IMG/VR virus record: IMGVR_UViG_3300020045_004676
Coordinates: 1-36,736 of that record
Source: a virus
Lineage: Duplodnaviria; Caudoviricetes
Reading direction: 5' to 3' (one strand)
DNA: 36,736 nucleotides
Shown: positions 7,429 through 17,262 of the stretch, in pieces
How positions within the stretch are numbered: position 1 is the first letter of the stretch
How the letters are laid out: the number at the start of each line of letters is the position of its first letter
Translations under genes and position numbers: made by a program
The notes under the pieces: model-generated
Told to the model about the DNA's origin: nothing
The model's database searches: none
Seen by the model: the letters and a program-made list of their open reading frames with translations, nothing else

Positions 7429-7650
7429 TCACTGAGAATTTTCTCCAATTTCTTCTGGGTGAAAACAAAAATGAGTAAACTTCTTTACGTTTCTTATACT
7501 AACATTAAGCAATTTACTCAATTCTTTTCTAATTTCAGGAGAGTTTTTTTCGCTCTCGAAAACCTTAGCTAGAATCAATTCAATATCCCTATGTATAGAA
7601 AAATGATCTTTTCCTATGGTTTTTAGAGCACTCTTGAGTTGTCTTTTCAA
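7429..7650 (-). CDS. Hypothetical protein, first gene of early operon (possible HTH)
   Basis: TTG start with AAGGAG RBS; ELSKLLNVSIRNV is HTH-like. Confidence 0.6.
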   Translation of the reverse strand: MKRQLKSALKTIGKDHFSIHRDIELILAKVFESEKNSPEIRKELSKLLNVSIRNVKKFTHFCFHPEEIGENSQ

Positions 7651-7670
7651 TTAATTCTCCTTATAAAAGA

Positions 7671-7732
7671 AAAATCGGAACCTGCAACAACCGTTCAGAG
7701 AAACTGCAAATTCCGATTTTATCTTCTGAACG
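7671..7732 (-). promoter_or_regulatory. Structured 5' leader: 17-bp stem whose loop can pair with an upstream segment (pseudoknot or alternative fold)
   Basis: Minus strand CGTTCAGA...AAAATCGGAATTTGCAG-[TTTCTCTGAACGGTTG]-TTGCAGGTTCCGATTTT followed by a T-rich run. Confidence 0.6.
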
Positions 7733-7750
7733 ATTTCATTAAGTAAAAGA

Positions 7751-7779
7751 ATCTTACAAAATTATCAGACACTTGTCAA
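7751..7779 (-). promoter_or_regulatory. Sigma70-type promoter of the early operon
   Basis: TTGACA-17 nt-TAAGAT. Confidence 0.7.
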
Positions 7780-7784
7780 GAGGG

Positions 7785-7875
7785 AAAAAAGCCTCCCAGT
7801 TAAAATAGGTGTTTACCCGCATTTTTAATAAGCATTATGTGCTTGGTCGGTAACCGCTACTTAGTCTGGGAGGAC
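7785..7875 (-). terminator. End-of-late-operon stem with structured interior and U-tract
   Basis: CCTCCCAG...CTGGGAGG followed by CTTTTTT immediately after the holin stop. Confidence 0.55.
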
Positions 7876-7879
7876 TCTT

Positions 7880-8086
7880 TTATTTTCTCACATTTTTCAT
7901 TAACAAGCCATAAGCCAATAACGCCTCTGCAATCTGCTTAACAACATTAATTAACGCTGAATCTGCTCCACCCAACTGCAATGCAGTCGTTATAATTAAT
8001 ACCAATGCTCCTGTATTCGTTTTAAACCCAGGTAAAAAATCTACTAACTTAATCGCTCCAGCTAATACATTTGCTAAAATATTCAT
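7880..8086 (-). CDS. Holin-like membrane protein
   Basis: Hydrophobic segments, GFKT motif, basic C-terminus, next to the endolysin. Confidence 0.65.
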   Translation of the reverse strand: MNILANVLAGAIKLVDFLPGFKTNTGALVLIITTALQLGGADSALINVVKQIAEALLAYGLLMKNVRK

Positions 8087-8259
8087 TTGTGAAATCCTCC
8101 TACTTTTACTACTAACTCTCCGACGAAGTTCGACCTTTCACACCCCATCCCTTCGTCGTTCTCTTTAATGCATTTCTTTTCGCAAAGAACACACCTGTGG
8201 ATAACTTTTGAGAATATTTCATGGGGATGGATTGATCCGTCATCAATTATCTTCATCAT
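8083..8259 (-). CDS. Small Cys-containing protein in the lysis module (58 aa; not in ORF track)
   Basis: ATGA overlaps at both ends; CVLCEKKC. Confidence 0.55.
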   Translation of the reverse strand: MMKIIDDGSIHPHEIFSKVIHRCVLCEKKCIKENDEGMGCERSNFVGELVVKVGGFHK

Positions 8260-8696
8260 GGTTTATCTCCTGTAACAAAATATGGACTCACTGGTACCCA
8301 TAATTTGTTAATTAATTGATCGACTTGAAAATGCAAATGAGGATGATTCTTAGCCATGCCAGAATCCCCAGATTTGCCTATTTCAGCCCATTTGTTTATC
8401 TTTTGACCTACAATTAATTCAGTGTTTATACAGTATAGATGAGCCAATATGCACCTGTATATACTCCTATTGAGGATATTGCCAGTAAAAAACTTAATGT
8501 ATACACAGTTGCCAAAGCCTCTTTTCCATCCAGTGAAGTTTACGATTCCATCTACAGAAGCTATTACTGTTGTTCCAGTTGGGGTGAGATAGTCCTGGCC
8601 TTTGTGGAGTCCGTCTGAACTCAAATATTTTAAGTTATCTGGATAGGGTTGGTTCCACCCGAAATGCATTTTGTAATTCTTCGCTACAGGTCGCAT
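8256..8696 (-). CDS. M23-family peptidase (endolysin)
   Basis: HKGQD, LAHL, IGKSGDSG...HPHLHFQV zinc motifs. Confidence 0.9.
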   Translation of the reverse strand: MRPVAKNYKMHFGWNQPYPDNLKYLSSDGLHKGQDYLTPTGTTVIASVDGIVNFTGWKRGFGNCVYIKFFTGNILNRSIYRCILAHLYCINTELIVGQKINKWAEIGKSGDSGMAKNHPHLHFQVDQLINKLWVPVSPYFVTGDKP

Positions 8697-8995
8697 TATT
8701 TGACCCCCATGACATCTTTAACGAATAACCCTATAATGCTGACTATCATCGTTATAATGGCTCCCCACGCCCAATTAAGACGATCTGAGAGGCTTTTACG
8801 GGCTTCTATTGAGGTTGCTATCGCTTCTCCGTGTTCAATGCAGGGTCTTCTCATTAAGACGTCTATCTTGAGGTTGATTTCTTCGAATTGGTTTGTGAGG
8901 TGCTTATTTCGTTCATCAGAACGTTTTTCATGGCTATCCCATTTTTCACTGAATTTTGTTTCAAGTATCAGTAGTCTATTCGCTACTTCTTCCAT
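8696..8995 (-). CDS. Coiled-coil protein with C-terminal TM helix (XhlA/holin-like)
   Basis: WAWGAIITMIVSIIGLFV TM segment directly upstream of the endolysin. Confidence 0.6.
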   Translation of the reverse strand: MEEVANRLLILETKFSEKWDSHEKRSDERNKHLTNQFEEINLKIDVLMRRPCIEHGEAIATSIEARKSLSDRLNWAWGAIITMIVSIIGLFVKDVMGVK

Positions 8996-9004
8996 ACGAA
9001 CTCC

Positions 9005-9397
9005 TTAAAACTCTCTTCCGAAAGTTAATCTCCAAGGCTCTTTGCTATTGCTCATCGCATTTGCTTCAATTAAATTCGCCAAAATCATTTCAGCCTGCTT
9101 CTGTCTTTCATTCTGCATATCATTCCAGCGTTTACCTAGTAATGCCTGGAGCAACAACCCTCCACCGCGCATCATTTCTGGGCTTTTAACAAAAGGAGCA
9201 ACAATAGGATTTTGCTCAACATTCCTTCCATCTCCATATAAATTGGATCTCTTTTGTTTGTCTAATGTTTGGGATATATCCTGATGTCCAAGATTAATAA
9301 GATTAGATAACATAACTTTATCGTTATGGCTCCAGTTGGAAGGAGCCTCGCTTCTAATTGCTAGTTTATTTGATAAATAATTATTTATATTAGTCAA
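9005..9397 (-). CDS. Hypothetical protein
   Basis: Start reassigned to TTG at 9397 after AAAGGA (ORF track start 9460 overlaps the neighbour). Confidence 0.55.
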   Translation of the reverse strand: MTNINNYLSNKLAIRSEAPSNWSHNDKVMLSNLINLGHQDISQTLDKQKRSNLYGDGRNVEQNPIVAPFVKSPEMMRGGGLLLQALLGKRWNDMQNERQKQAEMILANLIEANAMSNSKEPWRLTFGREF

Positions 9398-9398
9398 A

Positions 9399-9626
9399 TC
9401 AAAATCCTTTAATGATAAAGTATGCCAATAAAACACCCAAAACATCAGAGAATATATCATAAATATCAGCCGTTCCTTTCCCGCTTACTTTATCGTAAAC
9501 TTCTTTCGCTATCCCAATCAAAAGAGTTAAAGCACAAGCCATATTTATACTGTGCAATAAATAATTCAATATAAATACAATTGCTATTGATACTACAAAA
9601 TGCTGTATCTTATCATTGTTTTTCAT
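9399..9626 (-). CDS. Small membrane protein (DKxxHF...KExxD...D pattern; YfiM/VanZ-like)
   Basis: DKIQHFVVS, GIAKEVYD, DIFSDVLG with hydrophobic helices. Confidence 0.65.
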   Translation of the reverse strand: MKNNDKIQHFVVSIAIVFILNYLLHSINMACALTLLIGIAKEVYDKVSGKGTADIYDIFSDVLGVLLAYFIIKGF

Positions 9627-11065
9627 GCTATCTTTACCACGCTGAAATAATTATAAGTCGCCCCATTTATTAAATTAAGATTGCCACCTGAGTTTTGAAA
9701 TCCAAGTATACTCACCGTATCACCAGCAGAAAGATAGCAAGCATTGCTGACTTGTGAGTTCTTATTAATTGCGACTACAGTAGAATTAGTGTTATCGGCT
9801 TGCCCCACATAGGTCGCTGTCCCATTGATAGCAATAACTACCTGCCAGATTTCACCCCAAACGAAATTAGTTGTAGCCTCTAACATGGCTGCAGCATTTA
9901 CTTGATACCATCCAGCTTCTTTTGCTGTAAATAGTCCAGTTGCGGCAACATATTCGTTCTGCTGATCGCGAACGATTGTATCAAATAAGATTGTAGTATT
10001 CGCAGCATTAGTCATCGTCAAAGCAGTTGCAGTTGTTACCAAGCAAGCACTTTGACCTGGGATAGAAGTTACCCCTAAAGTATCTTCATGTACTATAGGT
10101 AAATCTCCATTTATAGTACCAACACTATTATTATCTACAATTAATGTCTTTTTAGATGAAGCTCCATAGATCCTCTTTGCATATTCAGCTGTCCAGAATG
10201 TATCAGTATCAAAAGCAATTTCATCTATTCTCATCCCAGATAACAATGGCCCAGCCCCAGCTCCGTTGGCTCCAAATTGCAACAATTGCCCTGCTCCACC
10301 AGAAGCTATTGTATTAACTGCTTTTTTTGCTACAACTAATCCATCAATATGAATATAATTTGTTACATTGTCTCTTCTCCACATGAAGTGATGCCAGCCT
10401 GGAGATAGATGTTTTAAACTTGGCAAAATCGGGGTCTGAACAGTTGTTCCACCATTTATTTCTACAATCTGAAGAGCTTCAGTTGTAATAAGTTGTAAAC
10501 GAAAGCCCCCAGTAGCTGCAACACCGCAACCCACAAAATTTATAGCGGTTCCACCAACAGCCGCACTCCAATCAGCTCGATAAATCCAAACTCCAAGAGA
10601 AAAAGTCGTATATGCATGATTAATAAATACTGTATCTGCACTTTCTAAATAACTAGTTCCAGTAGCTTGGCAAAAGACATTATCCCCTAATACATCTGCA
10701 CCATTCGTCATGGCAGAGCCTCTAACTGTTAAATCCTTGCCACCATATTTATGGCCTGCATAAGAAGCCGCCACAGCATCAATTGTTGCTGAATCCATTG
10801 ACCAAATAAATAAATTTAAAGTATCAGGAAAAATATCAGTTCCTACATGGTTATAAAGTTGGTTATCCGTTGTTTTAACTGTTTGTGATTCAATTGAAAT
10901 GCCAGCATCAAGGGTTAATTCATTCACAGTATCCGTCACTATATGATGTAAATCATAATTAACCTTCTGAAAATTTCTTTCGATAGGACTAACTAATAAA
11001 TTATTAACTGAATTTAAATTTATTTCAGACTTTAACTGCTGTATTGCTTCAAGTTTATTAGTCAT
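9623..11065 (-). CDS. Receptor-binding/tail protein with LamG (concanavalin-like) and C-terminal C1q-like domains
   Basis: FSLGVWI...WHHF...IHIDG...IDEIAF; ILFDTI...TGLFTAKEAGWYQVNA...YLSAGDTVSI. Confidence 0.75.
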   Translation of the reverse strand: MTNKLEAIQQLKSEINLNSVNNLLVSPIERNFQKVNYDLHHIVTDTVNELTLDAGISIESQTVKTTDNQLYNHVGTDIFPDTLNLFIWSMDSATIDAVAASYAGHKYGGKDLTVRGSAMTNGADVLGDNVFCQATGTSYLESADTVFINHAYTTFSLGVWIYRADWSAAVGGTAINFVGCGVAATGGFRLQLITTEALQIVEINGGTTVQTPILPSLKHLSPGWHHFMWRRDNVTNYIHIDGLVVAKKAVNTIASGGAGQLLQFGANGAGAGPLLSGMRIDEIAFDTDTFWTAEYAKRIYGASSKKTLIVDNNSVGTINGDLPIVHEDTLGVTSIPGQSACLVTTATALTMTNAANTTILFDTIVRDQQNEYVAATGLFTAKEAGWYQVNAAAMLEATTNFVWGEIWQVVIAINGTATYVGQADNTNSTVVAINKNSQVSNACYLSAGDTVSILGFQNSGGNLNLINGATYNYFSVVKIA

Positions 11066-13611
11066 TACTCTAAATTAGCTCCTTTTATTCTTTCTTCTAT
11101 TTTGCTTTTAATCCTTTCTATTTCGCGCAAGGCGTGTTCTCTTTCTTTCGGCGATCTTGCAATTTGAGATCTTAAGGCATATGTCCTTAACCCTTTTTGT
11201 AACTCATTAATATCTTTCTTATAATCATAGAGTTTTTCGATAGAAGTTTGAGAAGGTGCATATCCATACGTTTTAGCTCCAGTTAGAAATCTCACTAAAT
11301 TGCCAACATTTGGTTGTGTTGCTAAGCGATTGGCTTCTGAAAGAACTCTAATTTGAGATAATAAAGCAGCATCTTTTTTGTTTATGTCCATGCCCAATAT
11401 TGGAGTAGTTTCCCCTGGATAATTTTCAATTGGCTTTTTATTATAAAAACTTCTATTCAATGACCTTTCAATTAAATACTTAGGAACTGGACTTGCAGAT
11501 TCTAACAATGTATTTACGGGCGATTGCAATTTATTAACGTCATAAGCAGGAATAAACCCTTCTGGAATAAACGCCCCGTACTCATCCTTTGATTTAGTTA
11601 CTGGAATAGCACTTCTTTCTTTTAACCAAGATGGCATAGCCTCATACGCCTGCTTATCTTGTATACTAAAATTTCTTTCCGCCTTTTCAAGTATAGACAC
11701 CTTTCCTGGCTGTTGAATTATATTCGCTAATTGTAATGGGATATTCTTTCTTGACCATGTATAAAAAGGAACTAATCTCTTGAATAATTGTTTTTCTGTT
11801 TCAGATAAGTCACTATAATCAAATAAATACTTTTTAACACTTGAAGCAGCATCATCTGGACTTAACCCCATTTTTAATCTATCTATAAAATGAGTTAACT
11901 TAGCATTGTTTTCAACCATCGTCCCAACTTTTCTATTTAATATTATCGGATTCAAAGTGAAGGCTTTGCTTTGTTCTTTTAAAGATTGGGGGATATCTGC
12001 CCCATACCATCCCGTGTCTAATACTCCTTTAGATTTAGCCAAGTCAATTAATTGTTTTCCTCTTAGTTTCTTTCCATTTATTAACAAAGAAATACGATTC
12101 AATGCGGCAGGGCTTTGTCTTTCAGCTATTTGTAATTTTGCTGCTAAAGCATAATTCTCGGGATTAGTGACCCCCGCTAAATAATTGTTCCAGAAATTAC
12201 CAACCATGTTCCTAGCATGATAAGAAGGAGCTATCAAAACTTGACCTTTCCAAAGATCCTGCACCTTATCAAAAGCTTTTAATGCAATATTCAATCCCTC
12301 ATCTTGATTCCTTAGTTTTTGAATTCTACTTATATCATTAGCAATTTCTAATGGTACTTGTTTTCCCTCGAATAAGGGGTGACTGACAGCGGAAAACCCT
12401 TCCATTGGTTTTGATATAGTCTTTCCAGATTTAGAAACAAAAGATTCCAATGGTTTAACAACTTCTGGGTTCTCAGCTAATTTTTTTAAATAATCATGAG
12501 CAGCAAAGGCACTTTTGGCTTCATTCTGTTGTATCCCCTGAAGAAGGGCAATGTCATTTTCGAAAAACGGTTTCCCCATCTTTTGATTTATTTCATCAAT
12601 AGTCCCCGCGATCTTCCTCTGTTTCAAAAATTTTGGCTTAGCAGAAGATATGGCATTTTTTATAGCTCCGAGTACATTCGGTTTCTCTGTCTTAGCATGA
12701 CGAACATAAAAATCCATAAGCCTATCTTCAGGTAGAATGTCTCTAGCTAAAATACCAGCCTCTCGCTGTACTTGGGATCGCTTTAAATACCCAAATATTT
12801 TCTTTCCAGCAGTTGATAAATTGTTTATAGAAGCTTCTGCAACGTTGGGGTTTTCTAACATCGAACCTATGAGCACTCGTTCATTTTTATCTGGTATTAA
12901 TTTAGCGATTCTATTGATCTCATCGACACTTTTAATATTTATGTATTTAAGTTGATCTTCTAGGGCACTGCTTTGTTTTGCTATTTCTGGGAACTTTGAC
13001 TTCAATGCATAGTTTTTGATAAAGACTTTCCCAATAGCCTGAGCAACTGGAGATTCTTTTATTGTAGACGAAACAATTGGAGCTACAGTTTTTGATATTA
13101 CTGACCCTAATTTAGTAGCCCCTGGAATATTAGAAATTGGCAAATTTAATGGATTTAAGGCGACGTCTCCGAGGAAGGAGACAGCTTGTTTCCCAATCTC
13201 CGTATCAGCTAATGGTGAAATTGGAACTCCATATTTCTTGTTTAATTCTTTTTGTCTTTCAGTTACAATATCTAATGTCTTTCTGAAGCCTACTGGTTCT
13301 TTTAATGCAAAGCCTTTGTATGCTGATTTGGCTAATTCAATCGGATTTAGTTCGCCTTGAGCAAATTTAGCAAGTGGAGTTGTAACTGCATATCCAGGCC
13401 GAGAAAGTTGTTCTCCGACAAAGCCCAATATGTTTCCACCTGTTCTAACTGCAGTTGTTAATGGATTTTCCTTTTGAGATAGTTGTTTAATAAAAGACAG
13501 TGCTTCGCTTGATCCTTTATCTTCAACACTTATAGATGTAGGAAGTGATTCAGTTTGAGTTTCGGCCTTTTTTGTTTTATATAAATTTATAAAATCTTCA
13601 GCCTCTGACAT
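11065..13611 (-). CDS. Large internal virion (ejection) protein
   Basis: 848 aa helical; YHARNMVGN, LFDYSDLS..EK...KRLVPFYTWSRKNIPLQL; position after the nozzle. Confidence 0.7.
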   Translation of the reverse strand: MSEAEDFINLYKTKKAETQTESLPTSISVEDKGSSEALSFIKQLSQKENPLTTAVRTGGNILGFVGEQLSRPGYAVTTPLAKFAQGELNPIELAKSAYKGFALKEPVGFRKTLDIVTERQKELNKKYGVPISPLADTEIGKQAVSFLGDVALNPLNLPISNIPGATKLGSVISKTVAPIVSSTIKESPVAQAIGKVFIKNYALKSKFPEIAKQSSALEDQLKYINIKSVDEINRIAKLIPDKNERVLIGSMLENPNVAEASINNLSTAGKKIFGYLKRSQVQREAGILARDILPEDRLMDFYVRHAKTEKPNVLGAIKNAISSAKPKFLKQRKIAGTIDEINQKMGKPFFENDIALLQGIQQNEAKSAFAAHDYLKKLAENPEVVKPLESFVSKSGKTISKPMEGFSAVSHPLFEGKQVPLEIANDISRIQKLRNQDEGLNIALKAFDKVQDLWKGQVLIAPSYHARNMVGNFWNNYLAGVTNPENYALAAKLQIAERQSPAALNRISLLINGKKLRGKQLIDLAKSKGVLDTGWYGADIPQSLKEQSKAFTLNPIILNRKVGTMVENNAKLTHFIDRLKMGLSPDDAASSVKKYLFDYSDLSETEKQLFKRLVPFYTWSRKNIPLQLANIIQQPGKVSILEKAERNFSIQDKQAYEAMPSWLKERSAIPVTKSKDEYGAFIPEGFIPAYDVNKLQSPVNTLLESASPVPKYLIERSLNRSFYNKKPIENYPGETTPILGMDINKKDAALLSQIRVLSEANRLATQPNVGNLVRFLTGAKTYGYAPSQTSIEKLYDYKKDINELQKGLRTYALRSQIARSPKEREHALREIERIKSKIEERIKGANLE

Positions 13612-13613
13612 TT

Positions 13614-14282
13614 TTATAGACCTCCAAATCTTTTATAGGCTTTAATTAGAATTGGCTTTTCTTTTACTGGAACTGTATTAGCTTGTAAAGTTGCGTTAAC
13701 TGCATCTTCATAACTAATTGTCTTATTTTCAATTGCGTTCTGCATAGCACTAAAAAAAGCCGATCCTGGATCGCTTAAATTTCCAAGAGAAATGTTTTTC
13801 TTTGAAGAATATGTTTGTGCATTTTGTTTGGTAGCCTCAGCTCTTGCAATCTTTAATAATTTATCTGTCTCCGTTTCAGTGGGATAGGCCTGTTTGAATA
13901 TGGCAGACATAGCCTCTTCTTGAAGTTTGGGACTTAAATCTGCAAGTTGAATGTCTTTTCCTATCTTTTTTAAATATCCAGATAATGCTTTTTTATGTTT
14001 ATCTTCATCTCCGATTCCTTTACCTAATTGCCATCCCTGTAAGCCTGCCTGAGCCACTCCTTTTGTCCCTTCTGCTTCAGTTGCATTTAGGCCACTAATT
14101 CCCCCCAGTAAGGCTCCACTTAAACCACCAGTCATGTACCCTAATCCCGCCCCAAGTAAAGGGCCTAAGAGATTAGTTCTTTCTGATCTATCTCTTTGTT
14201 CTCTCTCTAGTTTTGTTTGATATTCCTGTTGTCTATTAGCATTGAGCCTTTGAGCTATATCTTGTCCGTATAATACTGGCAT
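13614..14282 (-). CDS. Putative ejection protein
   Basis: Gly-rich hydrophobic stretch LLGAGLGYMTGGLSGALLGG; position. Confidence 0.55.
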   Translation of the reverse strand: MPVLYGQDIAQRLNANRQQEYQTKLEREQRDRSERTNLLGPLLGAGLGYMTGGLSGALLGGISGLNATEAEGTKGVAQAGLQGWQLGKGIGDEDKHKKALSGYLKKIGKDIQLADLSPKLQEEAMSAIFKQAYPTETETDKLLKIARAEATKQNAQTYSSKKNISLGNLSDPGSAFFSAMQNAIENKTISYEDAVNATLQANTVPVKEKPILIKAYKRFGGL

Positions 14283-14283
14283 T

Positions 14284-15375
14284 TTAATATCCTCCTAAAT
14301 TGGCAATTTTAGTATGTTCATAAATGTCTGGCTGATAAACTGAAGTAGGAGCCATGCCAAAAGTATTAGTTGAATTCAAATATCGACTTACTTGAGTTGG
14401 CATTATATTAAATGGATCAGTTATCTGAGGAACAGGTTGCATCCCAGCAGGAGTGATTAGTTCACTTGTATATCCAGTTTCATAAGGATTTTGTCCTTGG
14501 AATTTTTCAGTTTTAAAAGGCTGCCCCGTTGCAGGATTTCCAGTCGATTTTTTAAGTTGACTCATTCTTGCTTGAATATCTTTTGGATCAGCCAAACTCA
14601 TTGCGTAGGCATTTGGATATCCAAGAGAACGGGCAAGAGCCTCTTCTGCTTTTTGCTGATCAATGTTCGCTACATTTTCTTGGCCAGCAATGGTTGGAGT
14701 TCCATCTAAATATCCTGTTAAACCAGCTTTCTGTAATTCAATTTGCTGTTGTTGTGCTGGGCTTAATAATGATTGACCCAAAAGCCCATAAGCGTTTTGT
14801 TCAGCTGTTTGTCTTCCAGCAGTCCTTGCCTGTTGAGCTTGATTCATTAATCCCAAACCATATTGACCGATATCCCCAGTCCTTTGAGCTTCCAATAACT
14901 GGAATTTATTACTAGCAGGGCTTCCCGTAAAGACTCCTCTTCCAGCTAATTGGTTAGCCAACGTCCCTGCACTTCTTTCGTATTGTGGAGCAAGTAAAGC
15001 CGCATATTGATTCGTCATCTTTTGTATACTTTCAGGGGAATATTCAGGAGCGTAATCTGTTGCCATAGCCGTGCGATATCCTTTCATTAAATCAGCAACA
15101 TTAGATGGGTTATATGTTTGTCCGATATTTTGAGGAATTGCAGCTTGAGCTACTGGGGCTTGAGTTGCGGGAGTATTTGCAAGACCATAATTTATTTTAG
15201 GTGCTTTTGGAATTGATATTTTCGGAGCCCCTAGATTTTGAGTCAAATTAGAAGGGGGCATTGCAGTAAAATTATTTGAATTTATTTGATTTATCTTATA
15301 TCCTTTATTAATATATTCCTTCAAATCACCTTCTTTTAATCCTTCAACTAATCCTCCGTATCCTACATTAGCCAT
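14284..15375 (-). CDS. Putative ejection protein
   Basis: Q/A/G-rich, QLAGRGVFTGS, AGLTGYLDGTPT; position after the nozzle. Confidence 0.6.
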   Translation of the reverse strand: MANVGYGGLVEGLKEGDLKEYINKGYKINQINSNNFTAMPPSNLTQNLGAPKISIPKAPKINYGLANTPATQAPVAQAAIPQNIGQTYNPSNVADLMKGYRTAMATDYAPEYSPESIQKMTNQYAALLAPQYERSAGTLANQLAGRGVFTGSPASNKFQLLEAQRTGDIGQYGLGLMNQAQQARTAGRQTAEQNAYGLLGQSLLSPAQQQQIELQKAGLTGYLDGTPTIAGQENVANIDQQKAEEALARSLGYPNAYAMSLADPKDIQARMSQLKKSTGNPATGQPFKTEKFQGQNPYETGYTSELITPAGMQPVPQITDPFNIMPTQVSRYLNSTNTFGMAPTSVYQPDIYEHTKIANLGGY

Positions 15376-15390
15376 TTTATTTCCTCCTTA

Positions 15391-17253
15391 TTAAACTGTA
15401 TCGCAAAGTGTATAACAAATTGTCCAACCAACTATTGAGATATCATTGTATCCAGCCCCTGGGACTGTTTCTGTTAAATACCACGAAAATGTATCGAAAA
15501 TGTCATTTACTTGAAATCTAGCCTTTGTTCTTATGTAAGCGCGATCCAATGTTATGCCAGGTGCGTTTGCATTATAAGATATTAATTTGCTTTGATTCCT
15601 AGATGTGTCTATAGCTTCAAAATCTTTTCTATAATTAAAAATTAAAGTGGTGCTAATGCTATAGGTTGCATAATATAAAGGATGCACATCGAATTCCACC
15701 CAAATGATTTTGATCTTTTTATTTGACAATCCAGAATAAAATGTTGCAGATTCTAAGATTCCAGCAGTGGTAGTATCTCCTCTGAATTTTGGAGTTCCTC
15801 CAACTGGGAAAAAATTATTCAATTGATTAGACGATGCCATTTTAGAAATAACTATTGAAGGATGAGTTTCTGTGTCCCTATAAACCAATGCGCCAGTTCC
15901 TGCATCAAAATAATTTTCAGAACCAATCCATTTTCCTGTTTCATAGTTATAATTTAAAATTATACAATTAGAAGCCGTAGCTGGTATTACCAGCGAATAA
16001 ATTAATCTAAATTTATCAACATAAGCCCAAGGATAAGAATCAGCTGCGGAGCTCAATGCGAAATAAGATTGTGAAATTGACGATCCTATATTTGTCTTTA
16101 GATATGCTCCAATTGGGTTTGAAATTGAAACATCTGTTATCCCATTTGTCTGGCGTACATCGCCTTCTGCTAAATATATAAGTGTTTCATTAATCTCTTG
16201 TATTGTTCTATGGGATATACATCCATGATAAAACTTTTTAACGAATTCTATTGGAGCATCTATGTCCCCAGTCCATCTATATACATAATAAACAGTATCT
16301 TTGAAGAAAAATATATAATCCCCAAGTGTTGCCATGGCTGAAACAGTTTGTTCTTCATCTAAAGAGATAGTCATATAACCAGCCCCAGTCCCTGAAAAGT
16401 TTTCTACATCTCCAGTTGCTGACCAGTATAATATCTTTCCATTACCTGCTAACCACATTTTATCTTTCCAAAACTTTATAAAATAAGGTTGCATAGCTGG
16501 TTTTGATACTGCAATATAAGCTGCTCTTTGAGCCGCACCAGCAACGCTCGCACCCGTATCGGAAGAAGCAGAAGACAGTGTTAGACTTAATCCACCTACA
16601 GCAACAGTTAAAACTTCATCCCAATAAGGACTAGTCGAGCTACGTCTTATATAATCGCCTTTTGAAATTAATGCAGAGATATCAATATCTGAGGTAACAG
16701 TTGTGGTTAAATTCCAAGTTAAAACAGCACCAGCAATTGCAACTGCCGTTCCCCCTTTATCTCTTATAGCAGGGGCAACAGTACTCCAATTGGTTAAATC
16801 TCCATTCCATTTTAGAACTGATCCATCAAAAGTAGTATAAACTCTTGTATTATATTGTGCAAAATCAGAATGATAAGGAGCTGCGGTAGTGGCCAATGTG
16901 TACCAAGTACCAGAGATTCTATCTAAAACATAAAGTTTTCCAACTGAATAATCTGTCGTACATTGTGAAGCCATCACAAAATTCTTAGTAGCAAGACTAA
17001 CCTCTGGAAGATAATTAAATAACCCTCTGGCTCTCCCAGCCGCGGGCATTGTTCCTGCATAACTTGTTACTGTGGGAGCTTTTGTAATCATCCCAATTAG
17101 AGGCGCAGTTAAACTTGAGCTATTATAATCAGGCAATCCGTTGAAATTTAGACAGGTTGATAAGATATTATTAATAGAACTATCAATAGGAACTATTAAC
17201 TGATCGTTTTTATTTAAACCACCAAAAGTATTTACACTTACATATTGACTCAT
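15391..17253 (-). CDS. Tail nozzle/stabilisation protein (P22 gp10/T7 gp12-like)
   Basis: N-terminal FGGLN, LYWSATGD, IFFFKD, GCISHRTIQ beta-propeller motifs. Confidence 0.75.
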   Translation of the reverse strand: MSQYVSVNTFGGLNKNDQLIVPIDSSINNILSTCLNFNGLPDYNSSSLTAPLIGMITKAPTVTSYAGTMPAAGRARGLFNYLPEVSLATKNFVMASQCTTDYSVGKLYVLDRISGTWYTLATTAAPYHSDFAQYNTRVYTTFDGSVLKWNGDLTNWSTVAPAIRDKGGTAVAIAGAVLTWNLTTTVTSDIDISALISKGDYIRRSSTSPYWDEVLTVAVGGLSLTLSSASSDTGASVAGAAQRAAYIAVSKPAMQPYFIKFWKDKMWLAGNGKILYWSATGDVENFSGTGAGYMTISLDEEQTVSAMATLGDYIFFFKDTVYYVYRWTGDIDAPIEFVKKFYHGCISHRTIQEINETLIYLAEGDVRQTNGITDVSISNPIGAYLKTNIGSSISQSYFALSSAADSYPWAYVDKFRLIYSLVIPATASNCIILNYNYETGKWIGSENYFDAGTGALVYRDTETHPSIVISKMASSNQLNNFFPVGGTPKFRGDTTTAGILESATFYSGLSNKKIKIIWVEFDVHPLYYATYSISTTLIFNYRKDFEAIDTSRNQSKLISYNANAPGITLDRAYIRTKARFQVNDIFDTFSWYLTETVPGAGYNDISIVGWTICYTLCDTV

Positions 17254-17262
17254 TTATTTCTC

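Noticed and set aside
8196-8204. Perfect DnaA box (TTATCCACA, minus strand)
   Set aside because: Single copy inside a coupled ORF of the lysis module; compatible with chance
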